A stretch of DNA of 24,000 nucleotides from contig JBNKSC010000025.1 of NCBI GenBank assembly GCA_050297075.1, positions 360,549 to 384,548 on the forward strand. Reading direction: 5' to 3'. The notes under the pieces are model-generated. The model had not been told where the DNA came from and did no database searches. It saw only the letters and a program-made list of their open reading frames with translations. This DNA comes from Terasakiella sp. GTDB taxonomy: Bacteria > Pseudomonadota > Alphaproteobacteria > Rhodospirillales > Terasakiellaceae. Of the stretch, positions 17,408 through 24,000 are shown one piece after another. How positions within the stretch are numbered: position 1 is the stretch's first letter; each line of letters starts with the position of its first letter. The translations under genes were made by a program, and so were the position numbers.

Positions 17408-18211
17408 TTGGGAACCGAGAAATCAATTAGACCTAGACTTCTAGGCCTATGCATACTGCTGTTGTTGGCCTGTCATGTTTTCCTTCCATCATCGCTCAAA
17501 GCAGAAGAACAACCTTTAAAGGTTGTCACCCTCCCGCTGCCGCCGTGGGGCTATATAGATCACAATCAAAAGCCCGTTGGTATTTGTTATGAATGGGCAA
17601 ATGCCATTGCCGAACGTATGGGGCGCAAAATAAACAACCGGATCGTTCCCATGGCCCGGCTTTTCAAAGCCATCGAATACGGCCATAGTGATTTTTCCAT
17701 CATGCTGAGGACACCCTACTCCGAAAAGATTTCCATTCCTGTCGTCAAACTCGACATTCCTTTCAGAACCATTGTCTGGCCGCGAAAAGGAATTCAGGTC
17801 AACACACTGGCAGACCTGAAAAACATTCAAATCTCCATGCCGCGCGGTCTTAAGGTAGGGGGGAAATTTAATGAACAGAAAGACCTGAAAATTTTCTATT
17901 CTGCGGATTACGCCCATTCCATGGAAATGTTCAAAGCCAAACGGGCCAATGCCATTGTCGGGACACAACAAAGCTTGCTCTATAATGCGTTAAAGGCAGG
18001 ATTGAAACCTGCCGAAGAATTCGGACAACCTTTTTTGCTGGCAGAACTGGAAGGATGGGTTCAGGCTTCGTATGATTTTGTTGAACGTGAAGGCATTGAA
18101 AATTTACGCAAGGCAACAACCAGTCTGATTGAGGACGGAACCTTCACCCGAATTTATCGCAAATATCAACCCCTCACCCTGACAGCGCAGAGCCAGCCAT
18201 TACAAAAATGA
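17408..18211 (+). CDS. Orphan periplasmic substrate-binding protein (family-3 / amino-acid-type SBP fold)
   Basis: Signal peptide RLLGLCILLLLACHVFLPSSLKA. The two-lobed SBP_bac_3-like sequence includes LPPWGYID..., ...ISMPRG... and ...NAIVGTQQSL.... It has a TTG start and no in-frame ATG within the first 70 residues (first Met at residue 71). No permease or ATPase gene is adjacent. Confidence 0.7.
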   Translation: MGTEKSIRPRLLGLCILLLLACHVFLPSSLKAEEQPLKVVTLPLPPWGYIDHNQKPVGICYEWANAIAERMGRKINNRIVPMARLFKAIEYGHSDFSIMLRTPYSEKISIPVVKLDIPFRTIVWPRKGIQVNTLADLKNIQISMPRGLKVGGKFNEQKDLKIFYSADYAHSMEMFKAKRANAIVGTQQSLLYNALKAGLKPAEEFGQPFLLAELEGWVQASYDFVEREGIENLRKATTSLIEDGTFTRIYRKYQPLTLTAQSQPLQK

Positions 18212-18297
18212 TGAAAGTGCCAATTGCCTTATGCGGGAGTTCCTGCTAGGTTGCGCGCAATTTTGAAGATTTATTCTTTTTCAGGAAATTGAACACC

Positions 18298-18867
18298 ATG
18301 AAAATCAACGGTAACGAAATTCGCCCGGGCAATGTCATCTCACACAAAGACTCCCTGTGGCGTGCTGTAAAATGCCAAGCCGTCAAACCCGGTAAAGGTG
18401 GGGCTTTCAATCAGGTTGAACTGAAAGACATTCGTGTCGGTACCAAACTGAACGAACGTTTCCGCGCCTCTGAAACGGTAGAGCGTGTCACGCTGGAACA
18501 GAAAGAATACCAATACCTTTATGGTGACGACAACCTGCTGACTTTCATGGATAATGAAACCTACGAACAGATCGAAGCCAGCCGCACCATGCTGCTGGAT
18601 GAACAGGCCCCGTTCCTGACAGACGGCATTACGGTCACTATTGAAAGCTTCGAAGGCGAAGTCCTTGGCATTACCCTGCCGGAAAAAATGGCCTTCACAA
18701 TCGCCGAAGCCGATGCGGTTGTGAAAGGCCAGACACAGTCTTCTTCCTTCAAGCCTGCCATTCTGGAAAACGGCGTCAAAGTTCTGGTTCCTCCGCATAT
18801 CGAAGCCGGAACACGCATCGTGGTCAACACTATGGAAGGCACCTACGTCGAACGTGCCAAAGACTAA
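18298..18867 (+). CDS. efp: Elongation factor P
   Basis: [14 protein letters not shown]...[16 protein letters not shown] carries a Lys-type loop tip, and the protein has three OB-like domains. The ATG at 18298 has AGGA upstream. The TTG at 18289 in the track is unlikely. Confidence 0.97.
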   Translation: MKINGNEIRPGNVISHKDSLWRAVKCQAVKPGKGGAFNQVELKDIRVGTKLNERFRASETVERVTLEQKEYQYLYGDDNLLTFMDNETYEQIEASRTMLLDEQAPFLTDGITVTIESFEGEVLGITLPEKMAFTIAEADAVVKGQTQSSSFKPAILENGVKVLVPPHIEAGTRIVVNTMEGTYVERAKD

Positions 18868-18882
18868 ACCAAACCCAAATAT

Positions 18883-18909
18883 AAAAAGGCTCCTGCCTTA
18901 CGCAGGAGC
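18883..18909 (-). terminator. Rho-independent terminator for the FGE-like gene
   Basis: Stem gctcctgc (18889-18896) / gcaggagc (18902-18909) with loop cttac. On the minus strand it is followed by cttttta (plus-strand A run 18883-18887). Confidence 0.6.
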
Positions 18910-18932
18910 TCACGACCGGTTTTAAAATGTGA

Positions 18933-18959
18933 GCCCCTGTAAAAACAGGGGCCCTTTTT
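18933..18959 (+). terminator. Rho-independent terminator of efp
   Basis: Stem gcccctgt (18933-18940) / acaggggc (18945-18952) with loop aaaa, followed by ccttttt. Confidence 0.75.
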
Positions 18960-18967
18960 ATACAGAC

Positions 18968-19852
18968 TCAATCAATTTCGCGAACCAGCCGGAAGCCGAT
19001 CAGAATATGTTTCATATCGGCCGGGCGATGGTGGCGCGCTGCCCCGCGGCACACCCCGCAGCCCCAGTCATCCCACGAACCGCCCTTGACCGTCATACGT
19101 CCCTTTTCACCGGGGGTGCTGGTCCATTCATACACCTGACCTGCCATATCCAGAACTCCAAACGGGCTGGCCCCTTGGGGAAAAGAGCCCACCGCCATGG
19201 TATCGTGTGGCCCTTTATCTGCCGTGTTGACCTTGGCAGCATTAAAGCCGTTGCCCCATGGAAAGGCCCGTCCGTCCAATCCACGCGCTGCCAGCTCCCA
19301 TTCATTTTCACTGGGTAAGCGCCAATATTTTCCTGTTTTCTTGCTAAGCCAGTCGGCATAGGCACGTGCATCATCATAGCTGACCAGTACAACCGGGTGA
19401 TTGTCCCGCCCAGCACCATAACCCTGCGGCCCCCAGGCGTACTTACGGGTTAATTCAAAGGACTGGCTCAAGCCATAACTGCTCCAATCCACCACATCCA
19501 CATCTGGTGCAACCCTGTGGGTTTCCCGAATGAACTGGGCATATTGGAAATTGGTAATCGGTGTTTTTGTGATGTAAAAACGGCGGCTGCGCACCTGTTG
19601 AAAGGGCTGTTCATATTCATACCAGTGCTGTTCACGTGTTATGGAAATCTGATAGGCTTCCTCATCCATACGATAGGCTGCTTCACGCTCCGGTTCGTTC
19701 GACCCAATATAGTAAACAGCATCGGGAATAGCGACCAAATCCGGGATCGCCTGCATGCGAACATGCTGTTCAGGGGCTTGTGTCACGCTACAGGCATTGA
19801 CCAATAATGCACAGACGGCAAGGGCGCCCATTTTTAATTTTAACGAAATCAT
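18968..19852 (-). CDS. Formylglycine-generating-enzyme (SUMF1/EgtB/PvdO) family lipoprotein
   Basis: Lipobox LLVNAC in MISLKLKMGALAVCALLVNACS. FGE-sulfatase domain motifs are present: RLPSENEWELAARG, FPWGN, GQVYEWT, KGGSW, IGFR. The ATG at 19852 follows a GAGGGAGAAGGGGGA stretch; the track start at 19855 is a TTG. Confidence 0.8.
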   Translation of the reverse strand: MISLKLKMGALAVCALLVNACSVTQAPEQHVRMQAIPDLVAIPDAVYYIGSNEPEREAAYRMDEEAYQISITREQHWYEYEQPFQQVRSRRFYITKTPITNFQYAQFIRETHRVAPDVDVVDWSSYGLSQSFELTRKYAWGPQGYGAGRDNHPVVLVSYDDARAYADWLSKKTGKYWRLPSENEWELAARGLDGRAFPWGNGFNAAKVNTADKGPHDTMAVGSFPQGASPFGVLDMAGQVYEWTSTPGEKGRMTVKGGSWDDWGCGVCRGAARHHRPADMKHILIGFRLVREID

Positions 19853-19920
19853 CAATCCCCCTTCTCCCTCAAACTTTGTTATAACATCCCTTAGGATTGT
19901 TTTAGACGCAAGGATAAATC

Positions 19921-20865
19921 ATGCCCAGAAAAACCCAGCGCCGTATTCTGCTTGGTGAAGAAGTCCGAGAAGCCTTTTTTCAAAATCAGGGTATTGTCGC
20001 ACTTGAAAGCACTGTGATCACACATGGGTTGCCTTACCCTGATAACTTGAAAACCGCCCTTGCACTGGAAGAGACCGTGCGTAAAAACGGTGCTGTTCCG
20101 GCAACTATTGCCATACTGGCAGGTCACATCCATATTGGCCTTAAAGCAGATGAACTGGAACGTCTGGCACAGGATAAAAGTGCTTCCAAAATAAGCCTGC
20201 GCGACCTCCCCCTTGCCCTGAGCCAAAAACAAAACGGTGGAATGACCGTTGCAACCACCATGCGTATTGCAGAAAAATCCGGTATCCGTATTTTTGCAAC
20301 TGGCGGCATTGGCGGTGTCCACCGTGGAGCAGAACACAGCTTTGACATTTCCGCTGATCTGGAAGAACTGGGGCGAACCTCCGTTTGCGTTGTATGCGCC
20401 GGTGCCAAAGCCGTTCTGGATATTGCCAAAACCCTTGAAGTCCTGGAAACAAAGGGTGTGCCGACCCTGACCTTCAACACAGATGCGTTCCCTGCTTTTT
20501 ATTATCGTGATAGCGGCCTTACAGGCAGTGCACGCATAGACCATGTGGAAGATGTGGTCAACCTGCTGGCCCATAAATGGAACCTATACAACTGGCCGGA
20601 CACGCTGGCCTTACCCGGTGGCGTTCTATTGGCAAACCCCATTGACGTCAAAGATGAAATAGACCGTGAAGAGATTGAAGGTGCGATCCAACAGGCACTT
20701 GATGAAATGCAGGTCAGCGGGCGTGATGTGACCCCCTATTTGCTCAAACGCGTTGGAGAACTCAGTGCAGGAAAAAGCAAAGCCAGCAACATTGCCTTGC
20801 TTAAAAACAACGCCGCACTTGCTGCCCAAATCGCTCAAACCCTAAGCCTGCGGCTGCATTCCTAA
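19921..20865 (+). CDS. psuG: Pseudouridine-5'-phosphate glycosidase
   Basis: The motifs VALESTVITHGLPYP, FATGGIGGVHRG and VCAGAKAVLD are typical of the PsuG/IndA family. An AAGGA RBS lies 6 nt upstream of the ATG. Confidence 0.9.
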   Translation: MPRKTQRRILLGEEVREAFFQNQGIVALESTVITHGLPYPDNLKTALALEETVRKNGAVPATIAILAGHIHIGLKADELERLAQDKSASKISLRDLPLALSQKQNGGMTVATTMRIAEKSGIRIFATGGIGGVHRGAEHSFDISADLEELGRTSVCVVCAGAKAVLDIAKTLEVLETKGVPTLTFNTDAFPAFYYRDSGLTGSARIDHVEDVVNLLAHKWNLYNWPDTLALPGGVLLANPIDVKDEIDREEIEGAIQQALDEMQVSGRDVTPYLLKRVGELSAGKSKASNIALLKNNAALAAQIAQTLSLRLHS

Positions 20866-21368
20866 AAATTGCTGATTGGCCCGGAATCGCTTCTTAAACC
20901 GTCTTGAAGAAAATAAAAATTCACCGCATCGCCTGTCAGTAAAAGAACAGCCACGCTAATCAAAATGATCAAGCCGATTTTCAGTTGGATATTTTCGTCC
21001 AGATGATAGGTTTCAGGGGCATGTGTTTGATTAGGCAACAAAATTTCGACTTCTCCATTATGGGAATGGTCATCCGAATGCATCAGATTCCTGAAATTAT
21101 CACCAATTTTAGAAAAGCCACGGTGCAAAATATTATATTCACTCATAAACGGCAAAAACAGCGCCAACAAAAACAAAAGGGCGGCTGCGCCACCAAGATA
21201 GGGGTGATAGCCCCCGGACAAGGCGTTTCCAACAAAGAGTGAAGCTGCAACCATACAGGCAAAAGAAAGGGCGAATAAAATTTGCATGTTTAAAAGACTG
21301 TTAAAATGATTTCGCGCAGAATATCCTATGCCTATAGTGAAAAGAACTTTTATTATAAATTTGACCAT
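20862..21368 (-). CDS. Hypothetical small integral membrane protein with a His-containing loop
   Basis: Three to four hydrophobic helices: ILFALSFACMVAASLFVG, LGGAAALLFLLALFLPF, IGLIILISVAVLLLTG. The loop reads MHSDDHSHNGEVEILLPNQTHAPETYH. I recognise no family. The start is uncertain (ATG at 21368 or 21287, neither with an SD). The gene is AT-rich. Confidence 0.45.
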   Translation of the reverse strand: MVKFIIKVLFTIGIGYSARNHFNSLLNMQILFALSFACMVAASLFVGNALSGGYHPYLGGAAALLFLLALFLPFMSEYNILHRGFSKIGDNFRNLMHSDDHSHNGEVEILLPNQTHAPETYHLDENIQLKIGLIILISVAVLLLTGDAVNFYFLQDGLRSDSGPISNF

Positions 21369-21382
21369 ATAAAATCAATCTT

Positions 21383-22777
21383 ATGAACCAATCCGTTGCC
21401 TCCCCATTGAAAAACCCGGCCTATCGGACTCTTTTCACAGCGCAAGTCATCTCTCTGGCCGGAACAGGCTTAACGACAATTGCCCTTGCCCTGTTGGCCT
21501 ACGATATCGCCGGACAAAACGCAGGGCAGGTTCTTGGTACGGCTTTGGCGCTGAAAATGATTGCCTATGTCTGCATCGCACCGGTTGCAGGGGGGCTCGC
21601 CCATTTGCTGCCACGCAAAACAACCCTGATTTTATTGGATGTGATCCGAGCAGCATTGATTCTCAGTTTGCCTTTTCTAAATACCCCCATGCAGCTTTAT
21701 GGGGTTATCTTCATCCTAAACGCCTGTTCTGCCTGTTTTACGCCCTTGTTCCAATCCATCATTCCTGACCTGTTACCCAACGAGGAACGCTACACCAAAG
21801 CCCTTTCCTATTCCCGAATGGCCTACGATCTGGAAAACATCCTGAGCCCGACAGTCGCCGCCCTGCTGCTAAGTGTCCTCAGCTTCAACAGCCTGTTCGT
21901 ACTGGACGGCGTCAGTTTTGCGCTTTCCGCCCTTTTGGTGATCATCACCGTTTTACCGGCTGCTCAACCTATTGAACGCGAACCTGAAATCCTAAAAAAC
22001 ATCACCTTTGGCATGCGTTCCTATCTGCGCACGCCGCGTTTGCGCGGCCTGCTGGCCCTTTACGCCTGTGTCGCATTCGGCGGGGCTATGGTCATTGTCA
22101 ATACGGTCATTTATGTACGTGGCACACTGGGGCTGGGAGAACGTGAAACCGCAATTGTTATGATGGCTTCGGGCGCCGGGTCCATGCTGGTGGCCCTGTT
22201 TCTTCCCCGCCTGTTAAAAACAGTCCAGGATCGTCCGATGATGATCCTTGGGGCAAGCCTGATTGCATCGGCCCTTTTGTGGGGGATGCTCATGCCCCCT
22301 TTGTGGGGCGTACTTGCCATCTGGTTTTTACTGGGGGCTGGTTGGTCTTTTATCCAGACACCTGCCGGACGCGTGGTCACACGTTCTGCTTCTCCGGGGG
22401 ACAGAACAGCCTTTTTCAGCGCAAACTTTGCCCTGTCCCATGCCTGCTGGTTTGGTGGCTATCTCATGGCAGGATGGCTGGGCAGTACATTGGGCCTGTC
22501 ACAAACCTTTACGGTTCTCGCCTGCCTTTCCTTTTTAATGACCCTGCTGGCCCTAAAAGTCTGGCCTGCCAATGATCATATGGTGCAAGAACATATCCAC
22601 CAGCCGCTCACGCACAACCACCCCCACCGCCATCATGATGCCCATCACACACATAATCATGAAGGCTGGGAAGGGCCGGAACCCCATGTGCATGAACACC
22701 GCCACAAAAAACTGCGTCATACCCATGCCTTTGTCATTGATACCCACCACGACCACTGGCCCGGCCCTGAACGCTAA
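21383..22777 (+). CDS. MFS transporter with an extremely His-rich cytoplasmic C-terminal tail (possible NreB/NrsD-like metal exporter)
   Basis: About 12 predicted TM helices with an MFS_1-like N-terminus (YRTLFTAQVISLAGTGLTTIALALLAY). The last 68 residues contain 21 His: NDHMVQEHIHQPLTHNHPHRHHDAHHTHNHEGWEGPEPHVHEHRHKKLRHTHAFVIDTHHDHWP. Confidence 0.85.
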   Translation: MNQSVASPLKNPAYRTLFTAQVISLAGTGLTTIALALLAYDIAGQNAGQVLGTALALKMIAYVCIAPVAGGLAHLLPRKTTLILLDVIRAALILSLPFLNTPMQLYGVIFILNACSACFTPLFQSIIPDLLPNEERYTKALSYSRMAYDLENILSPTVAALLLSVLSFNSLFVLDGVSFALSALLVIITVLPAAQPIEREPEILKNITFGMRSYLRTPRLRGLLALYACVAFGGAMVIVNTVIYVRGTLGLGERETAIVMMASGAGSMLVALFLPRLLKTVQDRPMMILGASLIASALLWGMLMPPLWGVLAIWFLLGAGWSFIQTPAGRVVTRSASPGDRTAFFSANFALSHACWFGGYLMAGWLGSTLGLSQTFTVLACLSFLMTLLALKVWPANDHMVQEHIHQPLTHNHPHRHHDAHHTHNHEGWEGPEPHVHEHRHKKLRHTHAFVIDTHHDHWPGPER

Positions 22778-22782
22778 CCACT

Positions 22783-23928
22783 TCAGCTTTTGCCAAATAC
22801 TTCGTTGATCTGCTGGGAAACCGTCACAAAGGTGGTGCGTTTGGACAGTTCTTTCAGGCTTTGCGCCCCGACATAGGTACAAGTGGAACGCACCCCGCCC
22901 AGAATTTCCGTCAGTGTATCTTCAACAGCCCCGCGATAGGGAATTTCAACACGTTTGCCTTCACTGGCACGATATTTCGCCACACCGCCATAATGTTTGT
23001 TCATGGCTGTATCGGAAGACATGCCGTAAAATTCCACAAACTTTTCTTCGCGCACAATTTGTTTGTCGTTTTCATCCAGTTCGTTGGTGAGATAGCGCCG
23101 GGTAATAACCTGCCCCTCGCATTCATCATGGCCGGCCAGCATTCCCCCCAGCATGACAAAGTCGGCCCCGGCGGCAAAAGCTTTTGCCACATCGCCCGGC
23201 ACCGTACAGCCACCATCTGCACAGACAAGTCCTTTCAGACCATGGGCAGCATCGGCACATTCAATCACGGCTGATAACTGCGGGAAACCAACCCCTGTCA
23301 TTTTGCGCGTGGTACAAACCGACCCCGGCCCGATCCCGACCTTGACAATATCTGCACCTGACAAAATGAGTTGTTCCGTCATTTCCCCTGTAACGACATT
23401 TCCCGCCATAATGACCGTATTTTCATGTTTCTTTCGAATGCGTTCCACAATGCGGGCAAAGCGTTCGCTATAGCCGTTTGCCACATCCAGACAGACAAAG
23501 ACCGGCTGCCCCTGCGGGCGTGGCTGGGCCATCTCCATAACATGGTCCAGTTTTTCGCAATCCTTATCCGTAATGCCGAAAGAAAAAAACGTGCTGTTCC
23601 ACGCATTCAAACCCTTCTCGGGTGCCTGCAAGATGTTTTCTTTTTCATCATCACGTCTACCCTGCACAAATTCCTGATAGTCCGGTAAATCATAGAATTT
23701 ATGAAGTGCCGTCATGGCACCATGTTCAGCCAGTACCTTTGCCATCTTGAAGGTGCCCACCGTATCCATATTGGCTGCAATAAGGGGTACCCCCTGCCAG
23801 ATATAGGGCGCATGGGGGAAACGAAATTCGCGGCGCATATCCACTTCGGAACGCGACAACAGATAGGATCGTTTAGGGCGGATAAGAACGTTTTTATAGT
23901 CAAGTTTGACTTCGGTATCGATACGCAT
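22783..23928 (-). CDS. guaC: GMP reductase
   Basis: The sequence is colinear with E. coli GuaC. Matching blocks are [21 protein letters not shown]..., [100 protein letters not shown] and [12 protein letters not shown]. The ATG is at 23928; the track's longer N-terminus is unlikely. Two short insertions relative to E. coli. Confidence 0.93.
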   Translation of the reverse strand: MRIDTEVKLDYKNVLIRPKRSYLLSRSEVDMRREFRFPHAPYIWQGVPLIAANMDTVGTFKMAKVLAEHGAMTALHKFYDLPDYQEFVQGRRDDEKENILQAPEKGLNAWNSTFFSFGITDKDCEKLDHVMEMAQPRPQGQPVFVCLDVANGYSERFARIVERIRKKHENTVIMAGNVVTGEMTEQLILSGADIVKVGIGPGSVCTTRKMTGVGFPQLSAVIECADAAHGLKGLVCADGGCTVPGDVAKAFAAGADFVMLGGMLAGHDECEGQVITRRYLTNELDENDKQIVREEKFVEFYGMSSDTAMNKHYGGVAKYRASEGKRVEIPYRGAVEDTLTEILGGVRSTCTYVGAQSLKELSKRTTFVTVSQQINEVFGKS

Positions 23929-24000
23929 TGGGCCGATGGCTCCCTCATTGATAGCACCGATTTTGCACACTATCACTATCCTGAGCGTTTGGACAAGTTC

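Noticed and set aside
17334-22782. Whether the cluster of less conserved genes (SBP, FGE-like, membrane protein, MFS) forms a genomic island or a defence system.
   Set aside because: There are no integrase, transposase, tRNA attachment site, flanking direct repeats, nuclease, ATPase or toxin-like genes. Core genes (efp, psuG) are interspersed. Only a local GC dip at the small membrane-protein gene was seen.

Overview
The window looks like conserved core chromosome of an alphaproteobacterium, possibly a marine Rhodospirillales-like organism at roughly 50% GC; this taxonomic guess rests on gene order only. Positions 1-10524 on the minus strand carry 13 tightly packed co-directional genes: yebC-ruvC-ruvA-ruvB-ybgC-tolQ-tolR-tolA-tolB-pal-cpoB-tilS-ftsH, with ftsH cut by the window edge. 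A 356-bp AT-rich intergenic region follows, then a dCache/HAMP methyl-accepting chemotaxis protein on the plus strand. Next, on the minus strand, is a second conserved block: a ZauP-like coiled-coil protein, zapA, a probable 6S RNA (ssrS) that the ORF track cannot show, 5-formyltetrahydrofolate cyclo-ligase and a YmdB-like metallophosphoesterase. After that come gap-thiE, an orphan periplasmic binding protein, efp, an FGE/SUMF1-like lipoprotein and psuG. The window ends with a small AT-rich membrane protein divergent from an MFS transporter with an extremely His-rich tail, then guaC. I found no rRNA, tRNA, CRISPR array, IS or transposase, integrase, or recognisable defence or toxin-antitoxin module. 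I cannot honestly point to a clear novel multi-gene system. The least ordinary loci are the His-rich MFS with its divergent small membrane protein, the orphan FGE-like lipoprotein and binding protein, and the non-coding 6S RNA locus. Most long ORFs in the track that lie antisense to these genes are judged spurious.
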